A stretch of DNA of 64,000 nucleotides from Candidatus Latescibacterota bacterium (GTDB lineage: Bacteria; Latescibacterota; UBA2968; GCA-2709665): the NCBI GenBank assembly GCA_965219995.1, contig CBDCOX010000002.1, positions 4,192,001-4,256,000 on the forward strand, written 5' to 3'. Below the pieces are notes generated by a model, which did no database searches, was not told the DNA's origin, and saw only the letters and a list, made by a program, of their open reading frames with translations. Below are positions 30,860-41,287 of this stretch, piece by piece. Position 1 is the stretch's first letter. Each line of letters starts with the position of its first letter. A program made the position numbers and the translations under genes.

Positions 30860-32632
30860 CTATTGAAAAGGCGCCGTTTCGGGCATTGTCAACACGCCGT
30901 TCGACGGGATCAGACCGAGGCGGCGAGCCAGAGCGACGACCGGTTCTAGCTGGCGCATCGTATGTACCCATGCGGAAGCAACGGCGGAATCACTGCTGCG
31001 TACGATGCCGTGTTCCAGGAGGTATTCCCACGTGGACTTCGGCCTCGGATAAACCCGCAGCCGGAGTTCGGCATCCGGCGGCAGTTGCGCCGCTTCGCGA
31101 ACAACCTGCAGCGCTTTTCGATATCCACCCAGCTCGTCCACCAGCCCCAACGCCCTGGCGTCCTCTCCGGTCCAGATCCGTCCCCGGGCGATGTCAAGTA
31201 CCCGCTCCTTCGTAAGCGAACGCCCCTCCGCGACCTTGTCGGTGAAATCCTCATACACCGTGTCCAGCCACGCCTGAAACAGTGCCCATTCTTCGTCCGA
31301 AAAGTCCTTCGTGCCGGTCCACATGGTGGAATGGGCGCTGGTGTGGACTTCATCCCACGAGATGCCGGTTTTCTCCCACATGCCCGAAGTCAGCATCTTG
31401 CCCGCCACGACGCCGATGGAGCCGGTGATCGTTCCAGGTTGTGCCACGATCCGGTCTGCGGCCATGGCAACGAAGTATCCGCCGGAACCCGCCACGTCGC
31501 CCATGGATACCACGACCGGTTTGCCCGCATCCCGGGCCCGCACGGTCTCGCGCCAGATCGCGTCGGAGGCGACGTAAGAACCGCCTGGACTGTCGACGCG
31601 GAACAGGATCGCTTCGACCTCGTTGTCGCGAACAGCGCTCCGAAAGGCCCTGGCGACCGTATCCGATCCCATCGTGGTCGCCCCCGATGCGGGGTCGAAA
31701 TCGCTCTTGCCCCGCGTCACGCCGCCGACACCGTAGATCAATGCAACGGTCTCCGTCTGCTCGTCCGGCTGTTCCGTACGCTTCAGATACTTGCGCAGCG
31801 TCAGGTATTTCGCGCCCGCGTCCACCTGTTCTTTCACGCGTTCGTAGACCTCGTCCCGGTACGCCAACCCGTCTACCAGCCCGGCCTCGAGCGCGTCCCT
31901 GGAGAAGAACGGCCCCCGATCGAACAGGTCGCGTACCGTCTCGTACGGCAGGCCGCGCTTGTCTGCGATTCCCCGTACCAACTGATCGAATTGCGAATCC
32001 ATGACTGTCCTGGTCGCCTCTTTGTGTTCGGGGGTGTATTCGCGTTCCGTGTAGAGATTCTTCGCGTTCTTGTACTCTGCTCGGTGGTCCAGGCGAGGGA
32101 CAACGCCGAATTTTTCCAACATTCCACGAATGAATGGGGTCTCTGCAATAAGGCCGGTAAGCCCGACGACTCCCGATGGTTGGAGAAAAATCTCGTCGAA
32201 AGCCGTTGCCAGATAATAGGCGCCGTTGCCCGGGCCGAACTCGCCGAAGGTCTCCGCGTAGGCAACCGCGGGTTTGCCGCTCTCGCCGAAGGCATGCACG
32301 GCGTCACGCACCTCCTGCAGGCGCGCGAGACCCATGCCGCTGTTTCCCACCCTTGCCAGAAGCGCTACAACGCGTTCGTCGGATGCGGCGCGGTGAAGGC
32401 CCTCCACCAGGTCCCGCACGGTCATTGCATCGGGAAACAATACCTCGGCGATCGGATTGCCTGGAACGTATTCTGGAAGATTCCGTTCAAGGTTCACTTC
32501 CACGACCGTGACTCCCGGCACCGGTTCATCTTCCTTGTAGAGCAGCGTGATGGCGACTGCCGCGATGACGATGACAAGCAGTGTGGCCACGCCGCCAATG
32601 ATGGCGAAAACTTTGATTGCGATCCGCTTCAT
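30860..32632 (-). CDS. sppA: signal peptide peptidase SppA (67K type)
   Basis: N-terminal TM; AYYLATA, RVDSPGGS, SMGDVAGSGGY, TITGSIGV, GRIWTG. Confidence 0.95.
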   Translation of the reverse strand: MKRIAIKVFAIIGGVATLLVIVIAAVAITLLYKEDEPVPGVTVVEVNLERNLPEYVPGNPIAEVLFPDAMTVRDLVEGLHRAASDERVVALLARVGNSGMGLARLQEVRDAVHAFGESGKPAVAYAETFGEFGPGNGAYYLATAFDEIFLQPSGVVGLTGLIAETPFIRGMLEKFGVVPRLDHRAEYKNAKNLYTEREYTPEHKEATRTVMDSQFDQLVRGIADKRGLPYETVRDLFDRGPFFSRDALEAGLVDGLAYRDEVYERVKEQVDAGAKYLTLRKYLKRTEQPDEQTETVALIYGVGGVTRGKSDFDPASGATTMGSDTVARAFRSAVRDNEVEAILFRVDSPGGSYVASDAIWRETVRARDAGKPVVVSMGDVAGSGGYFVAMAADRIVAQPGTITGSIGVVAGKMLTSGMWEKTGISWDEVHTSAHSTMWTGTKDFSDEEWALFQAWLDTVYEDFTDKVAEGRSLTKERVLDIARGRIWTGEDARALGLVDELGGYRKALQVVREAAQLPPDAELRLRVYPRPKSTWEYLLEHGIVRSSDSAVASAWVHTMRQLEPVVALARRLGLIPSNGVLTMPETAPFQ

Positions 32633-32671
32633 GACAAGCCTCCGTCGGGAGAGATTCTCTGGCCTTGCGGC

Positions 32672-32932
32672 TCAGGCGCCCAGTCGCCGCTCAACTTCCC
32701 AACCGGGAAAGACCAGGACGGCCGGATGGCACATTAACGCCCGCGCCAGCACCTTGGCGCGCTCGACGCCAAGCCTTATGCGCCCGTTCTCGATGGCCGA
32801 TATTGTGGGCTGGGGAATTCCGGTGCGTCTGGCGAGTTCATTCTGGCTGAGCTTCTGAAGTTCGCGGACCGTGCGGACAGATTCTCCGACGGTTACGGCC
32901 ACGCGTTTCTGCGCTTTTCGATGTTTTCCCAT
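32672..32932 (-). CDS. XRE HTH antitoxin (HigA-like)
   Basis: RELQKLSQNELARRTGIPQPTISAIENG. Confidence 0.85.
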   Translation of the reverse strand: MGKHRKAQKRVAVTVGESVRTVRELQKLSQNELARRTGIPQPTISAIENGRIRLGVERAKVLARALMCHPAVLVFPGWEVERRLGA

Positions 32933-32949
32933 TTCATTCCCTCCCGCGA

Positions 32950-33210
32950 TCACCTGACCAGTATTGCCCTCACACGGATCTCCCGCTTCGTGACTCTGTA
33001 GACGACAAGACATCCGGCGCTGAACCGGGACTGCCGCCGACCCTTTTTCTTCCCCGGTGCGGACTCGTCAACGAACCCTTCGATGTACCCGACGCCTTCC
33101 GGTCCGGAAAGGGATACGATATCCTTCCAGGTCTCGTATCGTATGAGGGCTTTCCGCGGGAGGGTGTCGATCTGCCTGCCAACCCTGCGATGTTCGACGA
33201 CGGTCCACAT
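32950..33210 (-). CDS. RelE/HigB-like toxin, possibly degenerate
   Basis: MWTVVEH...YETWKDIV..SGPEG...GF.DE...G.RQSR....LVVYRV; toxin lies upstream of the HTH gene. Confidence 0.6.
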   Translation of the reverse strand: MWTVVEHRRVGRQIDTLPRKALIRYETWKDIVSLSGPEGVGYIEGFVDESAPGKKKGRRQSRFSAGCLVVYRVTKREIRVRAILVR

Positions 33211-33220
33211 ATTAAATAAT

Positions 33221-33240
33221 ATATAGTCTAAAGACAATAT
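33221..33240 (-). promoter_or_regulatory. inverted-repeat operator in the TA promoter
   Basis: ATATAGTCT-AA-AGACAATAT between TTGTCA and TATTAT on the minus strand. Confidence 0.55.
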
Positions 33241-33326
33241 GACAATGCAATTCGAATATGCGTTCTTTCCCGTAAATCGATCGCCGGGATTCGGCATACA
33301 AAAAGCAGCAATGACAAAAGACAGCT

Positions 33327-33580
33327 CACACAGAGACACGAAGACACAAAGGGAAAGTCAGCGACCAATACCACCTTTTCAGTCCTTTTCGGAAGCTTTC
33401 TCCGCAGTGCCGGCTTGATGGATTTTTCGATTGAAGGCAAATTGCCACAAGAGGCACAAAAACTGCTTTCCTGTAACAGGGCGTATCGCCGAAAAACAGG
33501 GAAATATCCGCAGGGCCACATCATTACGACACACTCCGTTTCGCAGCCATACCCTTTGTGCCTTTTGTGCTTTTTCTGGC
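33327..33580. repeat. short (about 9-mer periodic) CACAAA/TTTGTG repeats in inverted arrangement
   Basis: CACAGAGACACGAAGACACAAAG; GCCACAAGAGGCACAAAA versus TTTTGTGCTTTTTCTGGC. Confidence 0.5.
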
Positions 33581-33744
33581 CAGTTTGACGGTTGTCGTTT
33601 TTCGAATTGAGGTTAGGTATCTTGCCGTTGGAGATTATCCTCCTGGCGGCTTCTTCTTTGTCCCTTTTCGGTTGACAAGAGCCGATGGTACCGTGCATGT
33701 TTATTGTTGTATCCGGTTGTACCGAATTCGACGCTGAGGTCAAT

Positions 33745-34716
33745 ATGGGCGATATTCTCAAGGTGGAGCATCTGGAGGCCGAGCCGGGGCAGCGGAAGGA
33801 CGGCTTTCTCACGGTGGGAGAAATGAAGGATAACTCTCCCGTGCGCCTTCCGGTTGTATTGGTGAACGGTGCGGAGCCTGGTCGCACGCTGTACCTGCAG
33901 GCGACCAGCGACGGCGACGAACTGAACGGTATCGCGGTGATCAGGCGGGTCCTGAAGCGGCTGGACCCGGCCGCCCTCAAGGGCAGGGTGATTGCTACCC
34001 TGATCGTGAACTTTCATGCCTTTCACGCCGGCGAGTCCCTGAATCCCGTGGACGGGAAGAAGATGAACCGGTGTTTTCCGGGTCGCAAGGAAGGTACGTC
34101 GAGCGAGCGCGTGGCGCATCGACTGTTCCATCGCGCGGTGAAACAGTCAGATCTCTGTATCGATCTCCATCAGGGCGGCGTTCGGCCCATGATTGACGAG
34201 GTCCGGGTGCGGGTGGACAGGCGAAAACGCATTCACAGGGCTTGTATGGAAATGGCCCGCGTGTTCGACGTCGGGTTCATTCTGGATTGCCGGGGCCCGG
34301 ACGGACAGCTGGCGCGAGCGGCGCCGGATGAAGGCATTCCCACGATCGATCCGGAACTGGGAGGATGCCACGGATGGGATGAAGGCAGCATTCGGAAGGG
34401 CGTCGCGGGCGTGGAGAACATCCTGAGGCACTACGGGTTGGTCGAAGGACGGCCGCGGACGCCCCGGCGACAGACCGTGGTGGACGGCTTCCTGTCGGTC
34501 ATCGCCGCCAGGGGCGGCTTCGTTGAGTATCGGGCCGCTCTGTACGACCATCTGCAGAAAGGGGACCCCGTGGCCGAAGTGACCGATCCCTTCGGCAGGG
34601 TACTCGAAACGGTTTACGCCCCGCAGGAGTCCGTCTTCTGGGCGCGGCCGCTGCGGCCGATGGTCGCTACCGGCGAGCCGCTGGCCATGCTCGGGAAGAA
34701 TATACGGTACGTGTAA
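33745..34716 (+). CDS. succinylglutamate desuccinylase/aspartoacylase (M14) family
   Basis: DGDELNG, MNRCFPG, IDLHQG, PELG. Confidence 0.85.
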   Translation: MGDILKVEHLEAEPGQRKDGFLTVGEMKDNSPVRLPVVLVNGAEPGRTLYLQATSDGDELNGIAVIRRVLKRLDPAALKGRVIATLIVNFHAFHAGESLNPVDGKKMNRCFPGRKEGTSSERVAHRLFHRAVKQSDLCIDLHQGGVRPMIDEVRVRVDRRKRIHRACMEMARVFDVGFILDCRGPDGQLARAAPDEGIPTIDPELGGCHGWDEGSIRKGVAGVENILRHYGLVEGRPRTPRRQTVVDGFLSVIAARGGFVEYRAALYDHLQKGDPVAEVTDPFGRVLETVYAPQESVFWARPLRPMVATGEPLAMLGKNIRYV

Positions 34717-34742
34717 TCGGCCGCCGGGATGGCGCCTGCTGA

Positions 34743-35006
34743 CTAATCGTGCGCGGGTCTGGCCTCGTCGATCCGTTCGCGGACAAGGGGCCGGATGTAA
34801 ACGTCGTCAAGAGGTAGGCGGGCGAATGCCCGCGCGAAGATCTCAATGTGGGTCCGGACGTCCGGGCCGCGGTTCAGAATGAAGCGCCGCTCTCCGCGTA
34901 CCACGCACAGGCCCCCTTCGCCGCCTTCGAGATTGGCATAGGTGACGGGAATGTCCAGTCGTTCGGCGAGGGCTTCGAATTCCTGCAGTAACTGGGTGTC
35001 GGTCAT
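34743..35006 (-). CDS. small hypothetical protein, ImmA/IrrE-like fold without HEXXH
   Basis: LAERLDIPVTYANLEGGEGGLCVVRGERRFILN; real start at MTDTQ, and the longer ORF is antisense to a real gene. Confidence 0.65.
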   Translation of the reverse strand: MTDTQLLQEFEALAERLDIPVTYANLEGGEGGLCVVRGERRFILNRGPDVRTHIEIFARAFARLPLDDVYIRPLVRERIDEARPAHD

Positions 35007-35171
35007 ATCGCAGTGATTGTAGTTGCAAGGCTTGCGACAGACGGGCGGGGCAGGCATAGGGAGTGCAGCGTTAACGGCTGCAATATAACCCACCCGGCAA
35101 CGCCATCCAATGGCGAAGCGCAAGGCCGGGGAGCGACGCCCGAGGGCGAGTATGCCCCGCGTTGGCTGTAA

Positions 35172-35993
35172 ATGCCACCCGGGCGTTTCCTCAGGACAAT
35201 GATGGACCTCAAGCCATTTACAGGACCGAAATCCTTCGGTAGAGCCTACCGGACGATGCTCGAAAACGATCCTCACGCCGCAGGAAGCGTCGATCTTGAG
35301 ATCATGTCCGGCATGATCAGGCTCTGCCGCGAAACCGCTCCCTATCTTTATCGCGACTACACGGACCTGAACACAGGCTATCCGGCGGGGTCCCGACCGG
35401 TTCTGGAAGAGTTGCTCTCCGAGGCCGAACTGCCAGTTGGTGATCCTGAGCGCCAAGTGGCCCGGATCGCTGAACTCACTCGAGCCCTGGATCGCGAGGA
35501 TGCGCCCGCCGGGTTGGGCGAAATGAAATTCGGAGGAACTGAAGAGGAGATAATCGCGAGGGGAACGGATTGGTGTACCGACGTGGCGCGGGTAGGCTGC
35601 GTGCTGTATCAGGTTGCCGGCTTCCCGAGTCGCATCGTGAGTCTCTTCAATCTCGACGCGGCCTACAGCGGACATGTCATCGTGGAAACGCATCGGCTCG
35701 GAGCCTGGGGCGCCGTCGACACGAACTCGGGGGTTGTCTATCGGAAGGGCGACGGACGGCCTGCAACGACGTGGGACCTGATAAACGACGCGGAAGTGGT
35801 CAAACGGCACGATGCGCAGCCGTCTCAGTTCACCGGAGCCGGGATCGCCAACTACCGTTTGACGGATTCGGATTCTCATGGCTATACGGTGTCCGGGTTG
35901 AACGACTACTACCGCACGATTCTGTCCATGGCCGAACAGGGCTGGCCGGGCGGCCTTCGCTGGCTTCATGGAGAGGCTGGTGAACGATGCTAA
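35172..35993 (+). CDS. transglutaminase-like cysteine protease fold protein
   Basis: GTDWCTDVAR...AGFPSRIV...GHVIVE...WGAVD (Cys-His-Asp). Confidence 0.75.
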   Translation: MPPGRFLRTMMDLKPFTGPKSFGRAYRTMLENDPHAAGSVDLEIMSGMIRLCRETAPYLYRDYTDLNTGYPAGSRPVLEELLSEAELPVGDPERQVARIAELTRALDREDAPAGLGEMKFGGTEEEIIARGTDWCTDVARVGCVLYQVAGFPSRIVSLFNLDAAYSGHVIVETHRLGAWGAVDTNSGVVYRKGDGRPATTWDLINDAEVVKRHDAQPSQFTGAGIANYRLTDSDSHGYTVSGLNDYYRTILSMAEQGWPGGLRWLHGEAGERC

Positions 35994-36133
35994 GGTTCGA
36001 ATTCCGCGGGAACCCTTGACAATTCCACCCGGTTCTTCTACGTTATCGAAGGAGGTACCAAAGACACCTTTGTTTTTGTTCAAGCGCACAAATCTCCGAT
36101 TATCGCTTCTGTCATCATTGTTGGCGGGGCGGC

Positions 36134-36448
36134 ATGGATTCTTTACAGACTGAGCGCATCGCAGCCAGAGCCGCGGACATTTTCGTTACAGACGATTCAT
36201 TGACTGTAGATTTCGTCGACGGTCGGAGTATATCGGTACCATTGGCGTGGTATCCACGACTCGTTCACGGCACTCCGCAAGAACGTGCCAATTGGAGAAT
36301 TGTCGGAAACGGAGAAGGTTTTCACTGGCCGGACCTGGACGAGGACCTTAGTGTGGAAGGTCTGCTTCTGGGCAGGACTTCCGGTGAAAGCCAGCGATCT
36401 TTTCAACGATGGCTGGTCGAACGTGCGAAAGACCCTGAACGATCTTAA
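36134..36448 (+). CDS. DUF2442 protein (TA-associated), orphan
   Basis: DGRSISVPLAWYPRL..GT..ERANW...GFHWPDLDEDLSVEGLL. Confidence 0.9.
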   Translation: MDSLQTERIAARAADIFVTDDSLTVDFVDGRSISVPLAWYPRLVHGTPQERANWRIVGNGEGFHWPDLDEDLSVEGLLLGRTSGESQRSFQRWLVERAKDPERS

Positions 36449-36650
36449 CTTGTCAAATGGCGTTTTCCCTCTGTACAAAACCACCCGGCAGAAACGTCAT
36501 CACTCGTTGTTCTACGTTCATTCGGCGCCTCGGTGACGCAAGACGATTCCTCGCGATTGCCGCCGAAACAGTTACTGCATAAGGCATCACATTGATCTTA
36601 CCCTTGATTACTCACCTCGGAATAACCCCGCAACGTCTCAGTACTCCCGA

Positions 36651-37265
36651 ATGAATAACCAGAGCCTTCCTCGCTGCGTCATCTTCGACCTGTCTGAAGT
36701 TTTCATCGCGGGGCTCCCCGGCGTCGAGAAACGTATTTCCAGGAAACTCTCGATTCCCGAAGACGGTCTTTTGGAGTATTTCGGTGGAGACCCGCTGTCC
36801 CAGGTCCTGGAAGGGCGAGTTTCGGAAGCATCATACCTGGAAGGGATTCTGGATCGAACGGGGTGGAACCTGGATCTGGTGTCGCTCAAGCGAATGCTCA
36901 GGGAGAACTTCCACGTCCAGATCGAGGGGTCTCTCGACATCCTGCGCGAGGTGGCGAGGACCCATCCCGTCGCCATGCTGTCGGACCACGTACGGGAGTG
37001 GGTTCGCTACATCGAGTCGATTCATTCGTTTCTGGATCTATTCGACGAGAGGTTCTATTCCTGCGACCTGGGCAAAACCAAGTACGACCCGACCGTTTTT
37101 CGCGATGTTCTCAATCTACTGGGTTACGATCCACAAGAATGTCTGTTTGTCGACGACCGGATCCAGAACGTGAGAAACGCGGAGTCGGTCGGCCTGCCGT
37201 CCATCCACTTTCGCGACGCCGTGCAATTGCGCGGCGATCTTGAGAGCAGACAGGTCCTGTCCTGA
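36651..37265 (+). CDS. HAD-superfamily hydrolase
   Basis: VIFDLSEV, LSD, K...FVDD..NV..A. Confidence 0.85.
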   Translation: MNNQSLPRCVIFDLSEVFIAGLPGVEKRISRKLSIPEDGLLEYFGGDPLSQVLEGRVSEASYLEGILDRTGWNLDLVSLKRMLRENFHVQIEGSLDILREVARTHPVAMLSDHVREWVRYIESIHSFLDLFDERFYSCDLGKTKYDPTVFRDVLNLLGYDPQECLFVDDRIQNVRNAESVGLPSIHFRDAVQLRGDLESRQVLS

Positions 37266-37371
37266 TGTCGCTGACGAAAATGCGGGCGCAACAGTTGTCA
37301 CGGATGACGCGAATCGGCGGGTTACCCCCAATCCAATTTACTATACCCACTCATTTCGCAAAGGCAACGCG

Positions 37372-38259
37372 TTGATTGACATTATCTCCCACGACAACGC
37401 CGACGATCTGATTTCTCATACCGCCGCGTACCTGGAATTGAACGAGAGTGAGCACAGCCTGCCGCTCGGCTTGATGTACGGGCTTGCCGGGAGTCCGCAA
37501 TGCGACGACGACCGTCCACCGCTGCTGGTGAGTATCGCGGAACGGGGACGGGCGATCGGCATGGCGATTATGACGCAGGGAAGAAAGCTTGTCCTGAGCA
37601 GAATCGATGCGGGTATCGAGGATGCGGTGGATCGTCTGATTTGCCATTTGCGCACAAACGACATCTCCATACCCGGTGTTGTCGGTCCGTCGGCGGAAGC
37701 TCGCGCCTTTTCCAACGGCTGGGCCGGAACCGCGAACGGCATCTCTTCCAGCCTCGCCATGAGTATGCGTGTGTTCGAAATCAGAGAGGTCGCGGCCGTG
37801 CCTCTCTCGGAGGGGGAACTGCGGCGGGCGGGGATGGACGATCACGCCGTTATGACGCGTTGGATTGCCGAATTCTCCGAGGCGATCGGTGAAACCGCGG
37901 ACTTTGAGGCCGCCGCTCGCGGCGCCACGCGATATATCCAGGCTGAACAACTGTATATATGGGATTACGAGGGGCCGGTTTCGATGGCCAAGACCTCACA
38001 TTCGACCAGAAACGGCATCAACATCAATGGGGTGTACACGCCTGCCGGGCATCGTAATAAGGGATACGCGACTTCCTGCGTCTGGGCGCTGACGAGAGAA
38101 CTGCTCTCGGACCGCCATTCGTTCTGCAGTCTGTTTACAGATCTGTTAAATCCCACCTCGAACAGCATCTACACCAAAATCGGCTACAGGCCGGTGGGCG
38201 ACGCGCTGGCGTTTGATTTTTCGGATTCCGGTTCCGAAAGGCCTGATTTGTCTGCTTGA
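37372..38259 (+). CDS. GNAT acetyltransferase
   Basis: VYTPAGHRNKGYA, LFTDLLNPTSNSIYTKIGY; start uncertain. Confidence 0.85.
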   Translation: MIDIISHDNADDLISHTAAYLELNESEHSLPLGLMYGLAGSPQCDDDRPPLLVSIAERGRAIGMAIMTQGRKLVLSRIDAGIEDAVDRLICHLRTNDISIPGVVGPSAEARAFSNGWAGTANGISSSLAMSMRVFEIREVAAVPLSEGELRRAGMDDHAVMTRWIAEFSEAIGETADFEAAARGATRYIQAEQLYIWDYEGPVSMAKTSHSTRNGININGVYTPAGHRNKGYATSCVWALTRELLSDRHSFCSLFTDLLNPTSNSIYTKIGYRPVGDALAFDFSDSGSERPDLSA

Positions 38260-38318
38260 AGCGTCGATTCCGTGCATAACCGACTTGCGCGCAACAGATA
38301 CAGACACGATTCGAGAAA

Positions 38319-39485
38319 ATGGAGTGCGGTATGACGTACGATCTGCTCATCCGTGGAGGGACGCTGGTCGATCCGGCGGCGGGCCTGAGCACTGCGCGGG
38401 ACGTGGGTTTCGCGGCGGGGAGGGTTGCAGCCGTCGGGGAGCGCCTCGACAGGGGCGGGGCCCGGGAGGTGATCGACGCCACGGGTTGCGTGGTGACGCC
38501 CGGGCTGATCGATCTCCACGTCCATGTGTTTCCCGGTGTCAGTCATTATGGCATCGAACCGGATCCCACGTGTCTCGCTCGCGGCGCCACGACCGTGGTC
38601 GATGCGGGTTCCGCGGGCGCCGATATCTTCCCGGGTTTCCGGAAATACGTGATCGACGTGAGCGAGACGCGGATTCTGGCGCAGATGAACATTTCGTCTC
38701 AGGGCATGCTGACTGAAGAGATCGGAGAGTTCGAGATTCCCGAATACGCGGACGTTGACAAGGCCTGCCGGATGATCGAGCGGCACCGCGACGTCGTTCT
38801 CGGTGTGAAGGTCCGGCTTACCCGGCATACAATCGTCAGCGAGCGGTCAGGAATGCTCCCCCTTCACCGGGCGAGGGAGGCGGCAGACGCGGCGGGTCTG
38901 CCCATCATGGTGCATCCTCAGGACGCATGGTGCAATTCAATCGACGACATTCTTAAGGTGATGAAGGGCGGAGACATATTAACGCATTGCTATCACGACT
39001 TTCCGTGCGGGATTCTGGATGGCGAGGGTCGTGTCCGGGATTCGGTTCAGGAAGCGATTGCAGAGGGTATTGTGTTCGACGTGGGGCACGGCGCGGGCTC
39101 CTTTTCATGGGAAGTCGTCGAGAAGGCGCTGTCACGGGACGTCCTCCCAACCACGATTTCATCGGACCTGCACATCTACAATGTGAACGGTCCCGTTTAC
39201 GATCTCGCTTCGGTGGTGACGAAGTTCTTGCATCTGGGCCTGCCGTTGGATGATGCGATCTCCCGCGTGACGTCCGTGCCGGCGGGGATCGTCGGAATGG
39301 AGGGGGAGGTGGGGACGCTGGCGAAAGGTGCGTACGGCGATGCCGTCGTGTTTGAACTGCGGGATGGAGACTTCCGCCTGGAGGACTCGAGAGGGGTCGT
39401 TCGGACGGGCCGCCGGAACCTGGTACCGGTGACCGTTGTCAAGGGCGGCAGGGTCTATACGTCCCGCCGCTCAGCCGAAGCGTGA
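38319..39485 (+). CDS. amidohydrolase/deacetylase metallohydrolase (dihydroorotase-like)
   Basis: PGLIDLHVH, DAGSAG, GVKVR, MVH, THCY, DVGHG, ISSDLH. Confidence 0.9.
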   Translation: MECGMTYDLLIRGGTLVDPAAGLSTARDVGFAAGRVAAVGERLDRGGAREVIDATGCVVTPGLIDLHVHVFPGVSHYGIEPDPTCLARGATTVVDAGSAGADIFPGFRKYVIDVSETRILAQMNISSQGMLTEEIGEFEIPEYADVDKACRMIERHRDVVLGVKVRLTRHTIVSERSGMLPLHRAREAADAAGLPIMVHPQDAWCNSIDDILKVMKGGDILTHCYHDFPCGILDGEGRVRDSVQEAIAEGIVFDVGHGAGSFSWEVVEKALSRDVLPTTISSDLHIYNVNGPVYDLASVVTKFLHLGLPLDDAISRVTSVPAGIVGMEGEVGTLAKGAYGDAVVFELRDGDFRLEDSRGVVRTGRRNLVPVTVVKGGRVYTSRRSAEA

Positions 39486-39500
39486 CGTGAGGTAACAGCC

Positions 39501-40229
39501 GTGAGTCAAAAATCCCGAAGCGCGCAATTCGCGTTGCGCGCCGGCGACTACGACCGACTCCAGCCGGTGCGTATCGAAATGTACGAATTCTACCACAGTC
39601 TGGCCCTGGACTTCATGCCTTTCGAGACCGGGGAGGAATTTCGTATGCTCGATCTCGGATGCGGAACGGGCACTTTTGTCAAACGTATCCTCGATCAGTA
39701 TCCAGGGGCAACCTGTGTCGCCGTCGACTTTTCAGATGAGATGATGGGAATCGCTTCGGAGAAAGTGCGTCTGCATGCAGACCGCGTGGAATTTCTGCGG
39801 GGAGATCTCAATGAGGGGGTGCCCGGGGGCCTGGGGTCCTTTCAGCTCGTCAAGTCGTTCTCAGCGATCCATCACCTCACCGATGAGAACAAGGCCCGGA
39901 TTTTCAGGCAGATCTGTAGTGTGCTCGAGACCGATGGGTGGTTCTTCTTCATCGATCCGATGTCCATCCGTTTTGACGACGACGTATTCCGGCTGGGACG
40001 GCGACGGCACGTGCGCCGCCGAAACGAGAGATTCGAAAGAGCGGGTATTGATATTGAAGAGGCGGACCGGGTTGATGCGATCGTCGGTCAGACCGGGATA
40101 GACAGCCCTGAGAAGGATCGGATATCCGGTTTTTCCGCGCAAGTCGATTGGCTGAAGAAGGCGGGATTTCGGTCAGTCGATCACATCTGGCATTTCTGGA
40201 TGGAGCACTTCGTGATCTGCAGGAAGTAG
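39501..40229 (+). CDS. class I SAM-dependent methyltransferase
   Basis: LDLGCGTG, VDFS..M, AIHHL. Confidence 0.85.
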   Translation: MSQKSRSAQFALRAGDYDRLQPVRIEMYEFYHSLALDFMPFETGEEFRMLDLGCGTGTFVKRILDQYPGATCVAVDFSDEMMGIASEKVRLHADRVEFLRGDLNEGVPGGLGSFQLVKSFSAIHHLTDENKARIFRQICSVLETDGWFFFIDPMSIRFDDDVFRLGRRRHVRRRNERFERAGIDIEEADRVDAIVGQTGIDSPEKDRISGFSAQVDWLKKAGFRSVDHIWHFWMEHFVICRK

Positions 40230-40248
40230 GGGGGTGACCGGGCTTCGA

Positions 40249-41109
40249 TCAATGCATGTGCCAATGGGAAAGCAGCGCCATCAGGGCGATACCGGCAATG
40301 ATCAGCGCAAACTTGGCCATACGGTCGGTGTCTCTCTCCGGCATAGGCACATCGTCGTCACCCGCCAGCGCGCTCAGTACGTATTTCGCCAGACGCATCT
40401 CGCGCGTCGACATCTCGGCATCGATGATTTCAACGGTCGCCACATAGATGAACGTCCCGGCCGCGAGCGCGTTGAAGCTCCCCTCGATAAGAGCAGTGGT
40501 TTCCTCGTTTCCCGCCAGGACGACGCCGGCCAGCAGGCCTGCCAGAACACCCAACGGCGTCATGGAAACGAAAATCGCCAGCATGGACTTCTGTCGACGC
40601 AACCCGATGCCCGCATTATGGACGCTGACCATGAGTGCAAAGGCGGCCGATCCCTTGTGGGAGAGGATCCCGAGCAAGATGACGAACGAGCCCACAACGT
40701 GGGACTCGAGTCCAAGCGAAATACCGGCAATCACCGAGTGGACCGAGAGCAACGCGAGCAGCACGATCGGGTAGAAGGATTGATGAACCCGCAGTTTGTC
40801 CGGCGTCTCGTGCGAGTGATGGTCGCCGTAGATGACGCGATCGATCAGCAGGAGAGCGCCGAGGCCCAGCGCCGCCAGAAGCGCGGCCAGCGGAAACTCC
40901 ACGACCCCTTCCAGCTTTTCCATCCCTTCCGGCAGCAGATGGATGAAACCGACCCCCAGAAAGAGTCCGCCTGCAAACGCGTTGCCCAGTGAAAAGAAAC
41001 GCCGGCTGAATTCATGCCGGGCGGCAAGGAGGGGGATAACGCCGCCGATCACGCCTATTGCCAGGATTGCGAAGGCGGCAAGCAGTTTGAGCGTCAATAG
41101 CGACATCAA
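40249..41109 (-). CDS. ZIP family metal (zinc) transporter
   Basis: FIHLLPE, His-rich loop, HSVIAG, HKG, GTFIYVA. Confidence 0.9.
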   Translation of the reverse strand: MMSLLTLKLLAAFAILAIGVIGGVIPLLAARHEFSRRFFSLGNAFAGGLFLGVGFIHLLPEGMEKLEGVVEFPLAALLAALGLGALLLIDRVIYGDHHSHETPDKLRVHQSFYPIVLLALLSVHSVIAGISLGLESHVVGSFVILLGILSHKGSAAFALMVSVHNAGIGLRRQKSMLAIFVSMTPLGVLAGLLAGVVLAGNEETTALIEGSFNALAAGTFIYVATVEIIDAEMSTREMRLAKYVLSALAGDDDVPMPERDTDRMAKFALIIAGIALMALLSHWHMH

Positions 41110-41287
41110 CTCAACGATCTCGAAGATGCGTCAGGTGAGTATCCCGGCGACTCCCGATCGGCTGTGGATATTCCGTTCAGGATCGTGCAAACCAGACGTG
41201 AATCCGTTTCGATTCCCACGCAATATAGAAGTTTCGATGCGTGGAGACCAACTTTTTATTTTCTGATCGGCAGGAGGAGGCGTATCG

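Noticed and set aside
30962-32737. 591-aa plus-strand ORF and similar long overlapping ORFs
   Set aside because: Antisense shadows of real genes (here sppA), expected at high GC.
34743-36089. 448-aa minus-strand ORF
   Set aside because: Mostly antisense to the transglutaminase-like gene; only the last 87 codons look like a real protein.
38319-39485. pyrC partner of pyrB
   Set aside because: Distant from pyrB, and its motifs fit the deacetylase-type amidohydrolase subfamily.
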